Shown here: positions 10,307-20,371 of the stretch, piece by piece
How positions within the stretch are numbered: position 1 is the first letter of the stretch
Layout of the letters: every line of letters begins with the position of its first letter
Origin: Actinomycetota bacterium
GTDB lineage: Bacteria; Actinomycetota; Acidimicrobiia; Acidimicrobiales; MedAcidi-G1
Length of the DNA stretch: 64,000 nt
Direction of reading: 5' to 3'
Assembly (NCBI GenBank): GCA_014381745.1
Contig: JACNLA010000026.1
Coordinates: 13,069-77,068 of the forward strand
Program-made: the position numbers and the translations under genes
Notes under the pieces: generated by a model
The model's input: only the letters and a program-made list of their open reading frames with translations
The model's database searches: none
What the model was told of the DNA's origin: nothing

Positions 10307-11256
10307 TGGGCCAGAAGGTAAACCCGTACGGGTTCCGCCTCGGCGTCACCACCGACTGGAAGTCGCGTTGGTTCGCGACCCGTCAGGAGTACGCCGACAA
10401 CATCATCGAGGACTGGCAGGTGCGTGAGTACCTGATGACCGAGTTGCCCCACGCAGCGATAAGCCGCGTCGAGGTGGAACGTACCCGCGACCGGTTGCGC
10501 GTCGACGTGCACACTGCCAGGCCCGGCATCGTCATTGGTCGCAAGGGCACCGAAGCCGACCGGCTCCGGACAGGGCTGGGGGAGATCACCGGCAACAACC
10601 GCGTCCAGCTCAACATCCAGGAGATCAAGGAACCAGAGCTGGATGCAGCTCTCATAGCCCAGGGTGTCGCAGACCAGTTGGCCGGCCGGATCGCGTTCCG
10701 TCGGGCGATGAAGCGGGCTGTTCAAAATGCCCAGAAGGCGGGGGCCCTGGGAATCAGGGTTCAGTGCTCAGGTCGTCTGGGAGGTTCTGAGATGTCCCGG
10801 ACAGAGTGGTACCGCGAAGGCCGTGTACCGCTTCACACCCTTCGCGCCGACATCGACTACGGCTTCCGTGAGGCCCGAACCACCTACGGTCGCATCGGCG
10901 TCAAGGTCTGGATCTACAAGGGCGACATCCTCCCCTACAAGAGCCAACTCGAGGACAAGATCACCAGAGAGGCCGCCATGGCCGTGGGTGAGACTTCAGG
11001 CCAGCCCAAGCCGGGCAAGGTCGTGTCGTCATCGGCCGCAGCGCACCGTCGCCCGACCGATGAAACCGTCGTCGAACAGGCACCAGAGTCTTCAGAGGCA
11101 CCGATCGAGGCAGCAGACACCGCAGTCGAGCCGGCTCCGCTGGTCAAGGAGGGCGACGCAGAGTTCGAGAAGTTGCTCGCCGAGGAGGAGGCCATCGAGG
11201 CATCCACACGTGAACAGCACGAGACACCCCACTTCCGTTCCGGGGATGGTGACTGA
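10306..11256 (+). CDS. rpsC: 30S ribosomal protein S3 with extended C-terminal tail
   Basis: [24 protein letters not shown]... is the canonical S3 N-terminus. 316 aa. The last ~95 aa are acidic and Ala/Pro/Glu-rich. Confidence 0.95.
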   Translation: MGQKVNPYGFRLGVTTDWKSRWFATRQEYADNIIEDWQVREYLMTELPHAAISRVEVERTRDRLRVDVHTARPGIVIGRKGTEADRLRTGLGEITGNNRVQLNIQEIKEPELDAALIAQGVADQLAGRIAFRRAMKRAVQNAQKAGALGIRVQCSGRLGGSEMSRTEWYREGRVPLHTLRADIDYGFREARTTYGRIGVKVWIYKGDILPYKSQLEDKITREAAMAVGETSGQPKPGKVVSSSAAAHRRPTDETVVEQAPESSEAPIEAADTAVEPAPLVKEGDAEFEKLLAEEEAIEASTREQHETPHFRSGDGD

Positions 11257-11258
11257 AA

Positions 11259-11675
11259 ATGCTGATGCCCAAGAAGGTGCGACACCGCAAGCAGCACCGA
11301 GGACGTATGCGCGGCAACTCGAAGGGGATGACCGAGGTCACCTTCGGCGAGTACGGGATTCAGGCTCTTGAGCCCGGCTGGATCACGGCCCGTCAGATAG
11401 AGGCCGCCCGTATTGCCATGACCCGCCACATCAAGCGCGGCGGCAAGGTCTGGATCAACGTCTTTCCTGACAAGCCCGTCACCGAGAAGCCGGCTGAGAC
11501 CCGCATGGGTTCAGGCAAAGGCAACCCAGAGAAGTGGGTAGCCGTCGTGAAGCCGGGTCGGATCCTGTTCGAGCTCTCATACAGCGACGTTGTCGTTGCT
11601 CGCGAGGCGATCGACCGGGCTATCCAGAAGCTGCCCATCAAGGCCCGATTCGTTGAGCGTGAGGAGGGCTTCTAG
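11259..11675 (+). CDS. rplP: 50S ribosomal protein L16
   Basis: [19 protein letters not shown]... 138 aa. Confidence 0.96.
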   Translation: MLMPKKVRHRKQHRGRMRGNSKGMTEVTFGEYGIQALEPGWITARQIEAARIAMTRHIKRGGKVWINVFPDKPVTEKPAETRMGSGKGNPEKWVAVVKPGRILFELSYSDVVVAREAIDRAIQKLPIKARFVEREEGF

Positions 11676-11677
11676 AG

Positions 11678-11914
11678 ATGGCAAGGAAGAAGACGCTGGC
11701 CGATGTCGGCGATACCGAGTTGCTCGAGAAGTTGAGCGAGTCCAAAGAGGAGTTCTTCAACCTGCGGTTCCAATTGGTGACCGGAGAGTTGGAGAACCAT
11801 GCCCGTATCGGCGAGGTCAAGAAGACCATCGCCCGTGTATTGACCGAGTTGCGGGCACGTGAGATCGAAGCAGCGGAAGCCATGGCTGCCGCTGACGAGG
11901 AGGTGGACGGCTGA
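11678..11914 (+). CDS. rpmC: 50S ribosomal protein L29
   Basis: 78 aa with the L29 block ELLEKLSESKEEFFNLRFQLVTGELENHARIGEVKKTIARV. It sits between rplP and rpsQ. Confidence 0.93.
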   Translation: MARKKTLADVGDTELLEKLSESKEEFFNLRFQLVTGELENHARIGEVKKTIARVLTELRAREIEAAEAMAAADEEVDG

Positions 11915-12207
11915 TGGCCGAAACCGAAGCAACCAGTCCGGATGAGACCGAGGCCAGACCGAACCGCCGCAAGGTTCGTGAGGGCGTGGTCGTGTCAGAC
12001 GTCCAGCACAAGACCGCAGTGGTGCTCGTGGTGGACCGCGTTCGACACCGCCGTTACGGAAAGACCATTCAGAGGTCCAAGCGCCTCCATGTCCACGACG
12101 AGGCCAACGACGTGAAGGTCGGCGACCGGGTTCGTGTCCAGGAGACCCGCCCGCTCTCCAAGTTGAAGCATTGGCGTCTGGTCGAGATTCTCGAGAGGGC
12201 CAAGTAG
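11914..12207 (+). CDS. rpsQ: 30S ribosomal protein S17
   Basis: ATG overlaps the rpmC stop. RKVREGVVVSDVQHKTAVVLVVDRVRHRRYGKTIQRSKRLHVHDE. 97 aa. Confidence 0.94.
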   Translation: MAETEATSPDETEARPNRRKVREGVVVSDVQHKTAVVLVVDRVRHRRYGKTIQRSKRLHVHDEANDVKVGDRVRVQETRPLSKLKHWRLVEILERAK

Positions 12208-12576
12208 ATGATCCAGCAGGAAACTCGGCTCCGGGTTGCCGACAACTCTGGTGCCCGCGAGGTGCTCTGCATCAAGGTGCTGGGCGGCTCGAAGAGGCGC
12301 TACGCGTCCATCGGCGACGTGTTCACGGCCACCGTCAAGGACGCAACTCCCGGTGCGGCAGTCAAGAAGGGCGAGGTCGTCAGGTGTGTTGTCGTCCGCA
12401 CGAAGAAGGAACGCCGGCGTCCTGATGGCTCGTACATCAGGTTTGACGAGAACGCCGCAGTCCTTCTCAACGACCAGGACCAGCCGCGCGGCACGCGCAT
12501 CTTCGGTCCGGTGGGCCGGGAACTGCGCGACAGGAAGTTCATGCGAATCGTCTCCCTGGCGCCGGAGGTGCTCTGA
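12208..12576 (+). CDS. rplN: 50S ribosomal protein L14
   Basis: [28 protein letters not shown]... 122 aa. Confidence 0.97.
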   Translation: MIQQETRLRVADNSGAREVLCIKVLGGSKRRYASIGDVFTATVKDATPGAAVKKGEVVRCVVVRTKKERRRPDGSYIRFDENAAVLLNDQDQPRGTRIFGPVGRELRDRKFMRIVSLAPEVL

Positions 12577-12577
12577 A

Positions 12578-12892
12578 ATGAAGATCAAGAAGGGTGACAC
12601 GGTGCGGATCCTGGCCGGAAAGGACAGGGGCCGCGAGGGCGAGGTGACCCGCGCCATCCCGTCACAGGACAAGGTGATCGTCGAAGGCGTCAACATGGCG
12701 AAGAGGCACCAGAAGCCGACCAGCGCCACCATGCAGGGCGGCATCATCGACAAGGCAATGCCTCTTCACGTCTCCAACGTGGCGGTCATCAGCCCCGGCG
12801 ATGGCCAGCCGACCAGGGTTGGTTACCGCTTTGATGCCGACGGCGTGAAGACACGGATCTGTCGCAGGACGGGGGTGGATCTCGATGGCTGA
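12578..12892 (+). CDS. rplX: 50S ribosomal protein L24
   Basis: ATG 12578 is in frame inside the artefactual long ORF 12236..12892, 2 nt after the rplN stop. [23 protein letters not shown] is a KOW motif. 104 aa. Confidence 0.94.
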   Translation: MKIKKGDTVRILAGKDRGREGEVTRAIPSQDKVIVEGVNMAKRHQKPTSATMQGGIIDKAMPLHVSNVAVISPGDGQPTRVGYRFDADGVKTRICRRTGVDLDG

Positions 12893-13454
12893 GACGACCA
12901 CGGCCCCTGTACGCCTTCGCGACCTGTACGCCAACGAGGTTCAGTCGACCCTCCAGGCCGAGTTGGGCCTCGTCAACGTGATGCAGGTTCCAAAGCTCAA
13001 GAAGATCGTCGTCAACATGGGTGTCGGTGACGCCGCCCAGCAGGCCAAGTTGCTCGACGGAGCCCTCGCCGATCTTGAGTTGATTACCGGCCAGAAGCCG
13101 CTGGTGACCAAGGCAAGGACCTCGATCTCCAACTTCAAGTTGCGTGAGGGGCAGGCAATCGGGGCCAAGGTCACCCTCCGGGGCCCACGAATGTATGAGT
13201 TCCTGGATCGCCTTATCAGCCTCGCAATTCCCCGTATCCGTGACTTCCGTGGCCTCAGCCCACGGTCGTTCGACGGCAACGGGAACTACACGTTCGGTGT
13301 GACCGAGCAGTTGATCTTTCCTGAGATCGACTACGACACCGTCGATCGGACCAGAGGTATGGACATAACGATCGTGACATCCGCATCCGACGACGCCGGA
13401 GGCCGTGCCCTCCTAGCCGCATTCGGATTTCCGTTCCGCAAGGAGGGGCAGTAG
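12885..13454 (+). CDS. rplE: 50S ribosomal protein L5
   Basis: 189 aa with [19 protein letters not shown] and [18 protein letters not shown] blocks. Confidence 0.96.
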   Translation: MAETTTAPVRLRDLYANEVQSTLQAELGLVNVMQVPKLKKIVVNMGVGDAAQQAKLLDGALADLELITGQKPLVTKARTSISNFKLREGQAIGAKVTLRGPRMYEFLDRLISLAIPRIRDFRGLSPRSFDGNGNYTFGVTEQLIFPEIDYDTVDRTRGMDITIVTSASDDAGGRALLAAFGFPFRKEGQ

Positions 13455-13639
13455 TGGCAAAGAAAGCACTCGTAAACAAACAGCAGAAGACACCCAAGTT
13501 CAAGGTGCGCGCCTACACGCGGTGCCGCCGCTGTGGGCGTCCACGCTCCGTGTACCGGGCATTCAACCTGTGTCGCGTGTGCCTGCGATCTATGGCCCAC
13601 GCCGGTGAGATCCCGGGTCTCACGAAGGCCAGCTGGTGA
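13454..13639 (+). CDS. rpsN: 30S ribosomal protein S14, type Z (zinc-binding)
   Basis: 61 aa: [34 protein letters not shown]...CRVCLR. Cys24, 27, 40 and 43 form a CxxC...CxxC motif. Confidence 0.95.
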   Translation: MAKKALVNKQQKTPKFKVRAYTRCRRCGRPRSVYRAFNLCRVCLRSMAHAGEIPGLTKASW

Positions 13640-13652
13640 GGGGTGAACTGAC

Positions 13653-14057
13653 ATGACAATGACCGATCCAGTAGCAGACATGCTCACCCGCATCCGTAAC
13701 GCCAACCAGGCGATGCATGACGGGCTCAACATGCCTTCGTCCAACCAGAAGGTCGCCCTCGCAGGCATCCTCAAGAACGAGGGCTACATCGCCGGTTTCG
13801 ACGTTGCCGAGGCCTCAAACGGTCCGGGCAAGGTGCTGAGCATCCAGATGAAGTACTCCCCTGACCGGGAGCGGGTAATCAGCGGCGTCCAGCGGGTGTC
13901 AAAGCCCGGCCTGCGCGTCTACACCAACTCGACAACCATCCCCCGTGTTCTGGGCGGTCTCGGCGTAGCCGTGATCAGCACCAGCAAGGGGCTAATGAGC
14001 GACCGCGAGGCACGTCGCCGCCATATGGGCGGCGAGGTGCTCTGCTACGTCTGGTAG
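13653..14057 (+). CDS. rpsH: 30S ribosomal protein S8
   Basis: [23 protein letters not shown]... 134 aa. Confidence 0.96.
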   Translation: MTMTDPVADMLTRIRNANQAMHDGLNMPSSNQKVALAGILKNEGYIAGFDVAEASNGPGKVLSIQMKYSPDRERVISGVQRVSKPGLRVYTNSTTIPRVLGGLGVAVISTSKGLMSDREARRRHMGGEVLCYVW

Positions 14058-14069
14058 GGGGGTTACGAG

Positions 14070-14609
14070 ATGTCCAGAGTCGGCAAGGCTCCAATAACTG
14101 TTCCCTCCGGCGTCGAGGTGACCCTCGACGGGCAGCACGTCGCCGTTACAGGCCCAAAGGGCGCCATTGACATGACGGTGCCTGGTGAGATCAGCGTCCG
14201 CAAGGATGGCGACATGATCGTCGTCGAACGTCCTGACGACGAGAGGAAGAACCGGGCCCTCCATGGCCTGGCCCGATCTCTTGTCAACAACATGGTCCTC
14301 GGTGTCTCGGAGGGGTTCAGCCGTGAACTCCAGATCGTCGGCGTCGGCTACCGGGCTGTGGCCAAGGGAACAGATGCCCTTGAACTTCAGTTGGGTTTCA
14401 GCCATCCGGTCAACGTGAAGGCTCCCGAGGGAGTCACCTTTGACGTGCCTGAACCCACCCGGATAATCGTCTCAGGTGTCGACAAGCAGGCAGTCGGCGA
14501 GACCGCTGCCGTGATCCGCGCCTACCGCAAGCCCGAGCCCTACAAGGGCAAGGGAATCAGATACCTCGGCGAGCATGTGGCCCGCAAGGCCGGAAAGGCG
14601 GCCAAGTGA
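14070..14609 (+). CDS. rplF: 50S ribosomal protein L6
   Basis: [21 protein letters not shown]... 179 aa. Confidence 0.96.
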   Translation: MSRVGKAPITVPSGVEVTLDGQHVAVTGPKGAIDMTVPGEISVRKDGDMIVVERPDDERKNRALHGLARSLVNNMVLGVSEGFSRELQIVGVGYRAVAKGTDALELQLGFSHPVNVKAPEGVTFDVPEPTRIIVSGVDKQAVGETAAVIRAYRKPEPYKGKGIRYLGEHVARKAGKAAK

Positions 14610-14962
14610 GCACCATCGATCGACGTACTGGACGTATCCGCCGACACCGTCGGGTTCGGAAGGCCGTTCGCGGTACAGCGACGCGGCCGCGTCTGGCCGT
14701 GTTCAGGTCCAGCCGTAACATTTCGGCACAGGTCATTGATGACCACACCGGGACCACGCTGGCTTCGGCGTCCAGCCAACAGGCCGGGGTGGCCGACGGT
14801 TCAACCGGGTTGGCAGCCGCCACCGAGGTTGGCAAGGTCGTTGCCGAGCGGGCACGCACGGCGGGAATAGAGATGGTCGTCTTTGACCGGGGCGGATACC
14901 GCTACCACGGACGGGTGGCGGCTCTGGCCGATGCCGCCCGCGATGCAGGACTGGAGTTCTAG
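14606..14962 (+). CDS. rplR: 50S ribosomal protein L18
   Basis: The GTG start overlaps the rplF stop. [35 protein letters not shown]. 118 aa. Confidence 0.95.
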   Translation: MSTIDRRTGRIRRHRRVRKAVRGTATRPRLAVFRSSRNISAQVIDDHTGTTLASASSQQAGVADGSTGLAAATEVGKVVAERARTAGIEMVVFDRGGYRYHGRVAALADAARDAGLEF

Positions 14963-15552
14963 TGGCAAATCAGAGGCAGAAGACCGACGACTCCCAACTT
15001 CGGGAGTCACGGGTCATCCACATCAACCGGGTCGCCAAGGTGGTCAAGGGCGGGCGACGGTTCTCGTTCACCGCCCTTGTTGTCGTCGGCGACGGCGCCG
15101 GCCGTGTAGGCCTCGGTTACGGAAAGGCCAAAGAGGTTCCCCTGGCTATTCAGAAGGGCACCGAGGAGGCCAAGCGGAACCTGTTTGACGTTGCGTTGAC
15201 TGGTTCCACGATCATCCACCCTGTCCTCGGAGTCATGGGTGGCGGACGAGTCATGCTCAAGCCCGCCGCTCCGGGTACGGGTGTGATCGCCGGAGGCGCC
15301 GCCAGGGCAATCCTGGAAGAGGCCGGCGTCCATGACATTCTCTGCAAGTCGATGGGCTCCTCCAACCACATCAACGTTGCGAGGGCCACCATCAACGGCC
15401 TCAAGTCGTTGCGCAGGCCCGACGAGATCGCACGCCTTCGGGGCCTCGATCCCGAGGAGTTCGTGCCGGCAGCCCTTCTCACCTCATATCGACGTACCGA
15501 GGCCGGTATCGACGGTCCAGGTGACGAGGCTGAACAAGAGGTATCGGCATGA
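14962..15552 (+). CDS. rpsE: 30S ribosomal protein S5
   Basis: The GTG start overlaps the rplR stop. [28 protein letters not shown]. 196 aa. Confidence 0.95.
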   Translation: MANQRQKTDDSQLRESRVIHINRVAKVVKGGRRFSFTALVVVGDGAGRVGLGYGKAKEVPLAIQKGTEEAKRNLFDVALTGSTIIHPVLGVMGGGRVMLKPAAPGTGVIAGGAARAILEEAGVHDILCKSMGSSNHINVARATINGLKSLRRPDEIARLRGLDPEEFVPAALLTSYRRTEAGIDGPGDEAEQEVSA

Positions 15553-15746
15553 ACGCCGCCAAGACCGGGAACCTCAAGGTGACCCAGATACGTTCGACAA
15601 TCGGCACCAAGCCCAAGCAGCGTGGAACCATCCGGGCTCTGGGTCTGGGCAAGATCGGGCGGAGCAACATCCTGCCTGACCGGGGTGAAATCCGCGGCAT
15701 GATCGCCCGGGTCCCACACCTGGTGACGGTAGAGGAGGTCGAGTGA
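15549..15746 (+). CDS. rpmD: 50S ribosomal protein L30
   Basis: 65 aa. [31 protein letters not shown]. Confidence 0.93.
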   Translation: MNAAKTGNLKVTQIRSTIGTKPKQRGTIRALGLGKIGRSNILPDRGEIRGMIARVPHLVTVEEVE

Positions 15747-15747
15747 G

Positions 15748-16233
15748 ATGAAGGTCCATGATCTGACGCCGCCGCCCGGGTCCCGCAAGCGCGGCAAGCG
15801 GGTAGCGCGCGGTATCGGTGGCAAGGGCGGCAAGACCGCCGGTCGCGGCATGAAGGGCCAGCGGGCCCGTAACACGGTCCGCCTCGGCTTCGAGGGTGGC
15901 CAGATGCCGCTGCACCAGCGGATTCCCAAGTTGCGCGGTTTCAAGAACCCGTTTCGGGTCGAGTATCAGGCCATCAACCTGGACACCATCGAGGAGTCCG
16001 GTCTGTCCGAGGTGAGCCCCGAAACGCTCCTGGCCAAGGGCCTCGTCGGCAAGAAGTCGCTGATGAAGGTGCTGGGCAGGGGAGAGATCACCAGGGCCGT
16101 GACCGTGAAGGCACACGCCTTTTCAGCTTCTGCCGAGGCGGCCATTCTGGCTGCGGGCGGGAGCATCGAGAAGTTGCCCCTTCCGTTCGCCGTGAGGCCT
16201 CCGGCCAGCGGCAACGCATTGATGAACCGCTAA
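15748..16233 (+). CDS. rplO: 50S ribosomal protein L15
   Basis: [38 protein letters not shown]... 161 aa. Confidence 0.95.
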   Translation: MKVHDLTPPPGSRKRGKRVARGIGGKGGKTAGRGMKGQRARNTVRLGFEGGQMPLHQRIPKLRGFKNPFRVEYQAINLDTIEESGLSEVSPETLLAKGLVGKKSLMKVLGRGEITRAVTVKAHAFSASAEAAILAAGGSIEKLPLPFAVRPPASGNALMNR

Positions 16234-16288
16234 CCACATCCATTCTCCCCGGGTCAAACCGGGGAAACCCCGACAACCGGGAGCAACC

Positions 16289-17620
16289 GTGATTTCCAGC
16301 ATGCTGAACATGTTCAGGGTCGCAGACCTGCGAAAGCGGATCCTGTTCACCCTGCTCATGATCCTGCTCTACCGGATCGGCGCGTTCATGCCCGCTCCGG
16401 GAATCGACGTCGAGCAGGTGCAGTTGCTGCGCGACCGGGCCAACCAGGGTGGTGTTCTTGCGTTCCTGCAGCTCTTCTCTGGTGGCGCCCTGACCACGTT
16501 TGCCGTGTTTGCCCTGGGAGTAATGCCCTACATCACCTCGTCGATAATCATGCAGGTGCTCGGTGTTGTCGTTCCCAAGATCGAGCAGTGGCAGCAGCAG
16601 GGTGCGGTGGGGCAGCGCAAAATCACCCAGTGGACCCGCTACATGACGGTGGTCATTGCTGTCATCCAGTCCACCAGCTTCGCCTTCCTGTTCAACAGCG
16701 GTGGCAACTCCATCAGCGGTTCCTCCGGCGCCAACCTGCTGCCCAACTTCCATATCGGCACCGTCAGCGTCGTGGTCCTCACCCTGACCGCCGGCACCGC
16801 CCTTCTCATGTGGATGGGTGAGCTCATTACCCAGAAGGGGATCGGCAACGGCATGTCGCTGTTGATCATGATCTCGATCGTGAGCGCATTCCCGGCGCAG
16901 GGATCCCTGATTCACGCTGAGAACGGCCCAATCGCGCTGGGAATCGTCCTCGTTGTCCTGATCGGGCTCGTGGCTGCCATCGTCTTCGTCGAGCAGGGGC
17001 AACGCAGGATCCCGGTACAGTTCGCCAAGCGCGTGGTCGGTCGTCGGATGTACGGCGGCCAGAACACCTACATCCCCCTGAAGGTAAACCAGTCGGGTGT
17101 GATCCCGATCATCTTCGCCTCTTCTGTCCTGTACCTGCCCGTGCTGTTGGCAGCAGCACTTCCCTGGGACGGCTTCCGCCGCTGGATCGACGACAACCTG
17201 GCCCAGCCGGACAACGTCTTCTACTTCGGCATCACCGGTCTGTTGGTGGTGGGCTTCGCCTACTTCTACACGGCGATCACCTTTGATCCGGTCAAGCAGG
17301 CCGACACGATCCGTAAGCAGGGCGGGTTCGTTCCCGGAATCCGCCCCGGCTATCAGACCGAGAGGTACCTGGCAAAGATCCTCTCGCGGATCACCTTGCC
17401 GGGAGCGCTCTTCCTGGCTGCCGTTGCGTTGATCCCGTCGATTCTCATCAACGTGTTCCTTGACACCAGCTCCGGAATCGGTGGGTCGTCCGGTGCCGGT
17501 GCAGCTGGCTTCGGGTTCGTCGGAATCTCGATCCTCATTGCGGCGGGTGTGTCCCTCGAGACCATGAAGCAGGTCGACTCGCAGTTGACGATGCGGAACT
17601 ACGAAGGCTTCCTCAAGTAA
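16289..17620 (+). CDS. secY: Preprotein translocase subunit SecY
   Basis: 443 aa multi-pass membrane protein with LRKRILFTL, LGVMPYITSSIIMQVL and GVIPIIFASSVLYLP blocks, in the canonical position after rplO. The start could also be ATG 16301. Confidence 0.95.
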   Translation: MISSMLNMFRVADLRKRILFTLLMILLYRIGAFMPAPGIDVEQVQLLRDRANQGGVLAFLQLFSGGALTTFAVFALGVMPYITSSIIMQVLGVVVPKIEQWQQQGAVGQRKITQWTRYMTVVIAVIQSTSFAFLFNSGGNSISGSSGANLLPNFHIGTVSVVVLTLTAGTALLMWMGELITQKGIGNGMSLLIMISIVSAFPAQGSLIHAENGPIALGIVLVVLIGLVAAIVFVEQGQRRIPVQFAKRVVGRRMYGGQNTYIPLKVNQSGVIPIIFASSVLYLPVLLAAALPWDGFRRWIDDNLAQPDNVFYFGITGLLVVGFAYFYTAITFDPVKQADTIRKQGGFVPGIRPGYQTERYLAKILSRITLPGALFLAAVALIPSILINVFLDTSSGIGGSSGAGAAGFGFVGISILIAAGVSLETMKQVDSQLTMRNYEGFLK

Positions 17621-17629
17621 CCCCTGTGG

Positions 17630-18220
17630 TTGGCGGGATCTGACATCGTGGCAGCACTCCACCTGGTGATCCTGGGCCGTCAGGGCTCCGGAAAGGGCAC
17701 TCAGTGCTCGCTCCTTGTCGATGCGTACGGGTTGATCCACGTCTCTACCGGCGACATGTTGCGTTCGGCGGTGGCAGCCGGAACCGAACTGGGCCGTGAG
17801 GCTCAGGTGATCATGGATGCCGGGAACCTTGTCCCGGACGGGGTAATGAACGGAATCGTCGCCGAACGACTGTCGATGCCCGACGTGGTGGAACATGGTG
17901 TGATCCTGGATGGCTTCCCCCGCACGCCCGTTCAGGCTGAGGCCCTCGAGGACATGTTGGGTGCAGCCGGCACCCCGCTGGCCGGTGCACTGAACCTGGA
18001 TGTGCCCGTCGAGGTGGTGATCGCACGGATGCTGGATCGCGGCCGAGTCGACGACACCGAGGAGGCGATCCGCCGTCGGCTGGACCTCTACGAATCCGAG
18101 ACGGCACCCCTGTTGGACTGGTTCAGGGAACGCGGGCTCCTTACGGTTGTGGACGGTCTTGGAAGCGAGGCTGAGGTCCTGGTTCGCCTGCAGGCCGTGG
18201 TCGACGGGATCCTGTCCTGA
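17630..18220 (+). CDS. adk: Adenylate kinase (short-LID type)
   Basis: P-loop GRQGSGKGTQC, ILDGFPRT and a short LID without a Cys4 cluster. The ORF track starts at TTG 17630. An in-frame GTG at 17648 (MAALHLVILG...) would give a more typical N-terminus. Confidence 0.9.
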   Translation: MAGSDIVAALHLVILGRQGSGKGTQCSLLVDAYGLIHVSTGDMLRSAVAAGTELGREAQVIMDAGNLVPDGVMNGIVAERLSMPDVVEHGVILDGFPRTPVQAEALEDMLGAAGTPLAGALNLDVPVEVVIARMLDRGRVDDTEEAIRRRLDLYESETAPLLDWFRERGLLTVVDGLGSEAEVLVRLQAVVDGILS

Positions 18221-18425
18221 TGGTTCGCTGGGAACCCGACTCACGCGCCGACGGGTTGGACCCTTCAGGGGGCTGCGATAGCGTTGTCCATCGGCCTCGA
18301 CCGGGTTTTGTCCCGCGTCGCTGCTGGGCATTCGGGCAAATTCGCCCACGGTCGTCAGGCGCACGCAAGGTGTGTCGTCGATGGTCGGAGCCGCAACATC
18401 CAGACAAATCAACACAACCGGGAGC

Positions 18426-18656
18426 ATGACCCTGACTAAGTCCAAGGAAGACGCGATCGTGATGGAGGGCACGGTGTTGGAGCCGTTGCCCAATGCCATG
18501 TTCCGCGTCGAGTTGGAGAACGGCCACAACGTGCTTGCACACATCTCCGGCAAGATGCGGATGCACTACATCCGGATCCTCCCAGGTGACCGTGTCCAGG
18601 TTGAGTTGACTCCCTACGACCTCCAGCGGGGACGAATCACCTACCGCTACAAGTAA
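18426..18656 (+). CDS. infA: Translation initiation factor IF-1
   Basis: [52 protein letters not shown]... is canonical IF-1. ATG 18426 gives 76 aa. Upstream in-frame starts (GTG 18372, ATG 18381) are possible but would add a non-conserved extension. Confidence 0.9.
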   Translation: MTLTKSKEDAIVMEGTVLEPLPNAMFRVELENGHNVLAHISGKMRMHYIRILPGDRVQVELTPYDLQRGRITYRYK

Positions 18657-18710
18657 CCGCAGCCGGCTGGTCGATCCGACCAGCCAACCAGAAGATCGAA
18701 TGAGAAGACT

Positions 18711-18824
18711 ATGAAGGTCCGAACAAGCGTCAAGCGAATGTGCGAGAAGTGCCGGGTCATCCGGCGCCATGGTCGCGTGCAGGTGATCTGCAGCAACCCT
18801 CGCCACAAGCAGCGTCAGGGCTAG
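18711..18824 (+). CDS. rpmJ: 50S ribosomal protein L36 (zinc-binding form)
   Basis: Not in the ORF track because it is under 60 aa. ATG 18711 to TAG 18822-18824 gives [37 protein letters not shown], 37 aa, with a CxxC...CxxxxH motif. It sits between infA and rpsM. Confidence 0.93.
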   Translation: MKVRTSVKRMCEKCRVIRRHGRVQVICSNPRHKQRQG

Positions 18825-18837
18825 GGGAACAAACCAC

Positions 18838-19215
18838 ATGGCACGAATATCTGGCGTTGACGTCCCCCGCGAGAAGCGGGTGCTTATCGCTCTGACCTAC
18901 ATCCACGGCATAGGTCGAACCACAGCCGGCGTTATCTGCGAGGGAGCCGGCGTGAACCCGGCTACCCGTGTCAGGGACCTCACCGACGAGGAGGTCACCC
19001 ACATAAGGGCCTTCGTCGACCAGCAGCTGAAGGTCGAGGGTGACCTGAGGCGTGAGGTCTCACAGAACATCAAACGCAAGATGGACATTGGTTGCTACCA
19101 GGGACTGCGCCACCGTCGCGGCCTACCGGTCCGGGGGCAGCGCACACACACCAACGCAAGGACCCGCAAGGGCCCCCGTAAGACAGTCGCCAACAAGAAG
19201 CAGGCAGTGAAGTAA
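18838..19215 (+). CDS. rpsM: 30S ribosomal protein S13
   Basis: [26 protein letters not shown]... 125 aa. Confidence 0.97.
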   Translation: MARISGVDVPREKRVLIALTYIHGIGRTTAGVICEGAGVNPATRVRDLTDEEVTHIRAFVDQQLKVEGDLRREVSQNIKRKMDIGCYQGLRHRRGLPVRGQRTHTNARTRKGPRKTVANKKQAVK

Positions 19216-19613
19216 TGGCAAAGCCGTCCGCAGGGGGCCGTCGTCCCCGCAAAAAGGAGCGCAAGAACGTCCCGCACGGCGTGGCGCACATCAAGAGCTC
19301 CTTCAACAACACGATCATCACCATCACGGACCAGGGTGGCAACACGTTGGCATGGGCTACCGCAGGCAACGTGGGCTTCAAGGGTTCCCGCAAGTCCACG
19401 CCGTTTGCAGCACAGATGGCTGCAGAGCAGTGCGCCCGCCAGGCCATGGAACATGGTGTCCGCAAGGTCGACGTGGTCGTCAGGGGCCCCGGCTCGGGGC
19501 GTGAGACCGCTATACGAACTATCCAGAACACGGGTATCGAGGTGACCGGCATCAAGGACGTCACGCCGATTCCGCACAATGGTTGCCGCCCACCCAAGCG
19601 GCGGAGGGTCTGA
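19215..19613 (+). CDS. rpsK: 30S ribosomal protein S11
   Basis: [30 protein letters not shown]...[16 protein letters not shown]. 132 aa. Confidence 0.97.
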   Translation: MAKPSAGGRRPRKKERKNVPHGVAHIKSSFNNTIITITDQGGNTLAWATAGNVGFKGSRKSTPFAAQMAAEQCARQAMEHGVRKVDVVVRGPGSGRETAIRTIQNTGIEVTGIKDVTPIPHNGCRPPKRRRV

Positions 19614-20230
19614 TGTCTCGTTACACGGGTCCGAGGGCGCGGGTTTCGCGCCGTCTCGGCACAAACATCTTCGGAACCAAGGGCGAGACCATCGCCCTCG
19701 ACAAGCGGCCCTATCCGCCCGGCGAACACGGCCGCACCCGGCGCAGGGGCAATCCCTCCGAGTATCTGGCACAGATGCAGGAGAAGCAAAAGGCGAGGTT
19801 CTCATACGGTCTCACCGAGCGGCAGTTCCGTCGTCTCTACGACGAGGCCAACCGTCGCGACGGTGTCACCGGCGACAACCTCCTCCGCTTCCTCGAGCTG
19901 CGTCTCGACAATGTTGTTTACAGGGCCGGTATGGCGGCGACCCGCCCGCAGGCCCGGCAGATGGTGAACCACGGACATGTCGACGTGGACGGAAGCCGTG
20001 TCGACATTCCCAGCTTCAGGGTCAAGAAGGGGCAGGTCGTGACCCTGCGCCAGAAGGCCAGGAACATGGTTGTCGTGCAGTGGAACATCGACGTGCTCGA
20101 TCGTCAGGCACCAGCCTGGCTGGAGGTCGCCGATGGCGGCCACGAGGTCACGGTCAGGGAGCTTCCGATCCGCGAGCAGATCGACATTCCCGTGAGGGAA
20201 CAGCTCGTGGTCGAGCTCTACAGCAAGTAG
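19613..20230 (+). CDS. rpsD: 30S ribosomal protein S4
   Basis: ATG 19613 overlaps the rpsK TGA and is in frame inside ORF 19583..20230. [21 protein letters not shown]... 205 aa. Confidence 0.95.
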   Translation: MSRYTGPRARVSRRLGTNIFGTKGETIALDKRPYPPGEHGRTRRRGNPSEYLAQMQEKQKARFSYGLTERQFRRLYDEANRRDGVTGDNLLRFLELRLDNVVYRAGMAATRPQARQMVNHGHVDVDGSRVDIPSFRVKKGQVVTLRQKARNMVVVQWNIDVLDRQAPAWLEVADGGHEVTVRELPIREQIDIPVREQLVVELYSK

Positions 20231-20371
20231 CCCGGCAGGGCGATGGCGGAGCGGCCACTGCCGCAGTCGAACCCGACACATAACGACTCGAACAACACAG
20301 GTAGGAAATCAGGTTCCTCACGGGAGCCGAGATCAAGATGCGCTGCGATTGCAGCGAGAAGGTGGACAGCC

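Noticed and set aside
12236-12577. 218-aa ORF (12236..12892) overlapping all of rplN in another frame.
   Set aside because: Only its last 104 codons (from ATG 12578) correspond to L24. The upstream part is an out-of-frame read of rplN.
18220-18429. 69-aa ORF that exactly fills the adk-infA gap, with an ATGA overlap with the adk stop.
   Set aside because: The product ([30 protein letters not shown]...) is Arg/Pro/Trp-rich and has no resemblance to methionine aminopeptidase or any family I know. It overlaps the infA start. It is more likely a non-coding promoter or leader region.
16088-18553. 821-aa ORF on the minus strand spanning secY and adk, the longest 'extra' ORF in the window.
   Set aside because: It lies entirely antisense to two unmistakable conserved genes. 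Its translation is Arg/Gly/Asp/His/Pro-rich low-information sequence with no recognisable motif. Long stop-free antisense frames are expected in GC-rich DNA.
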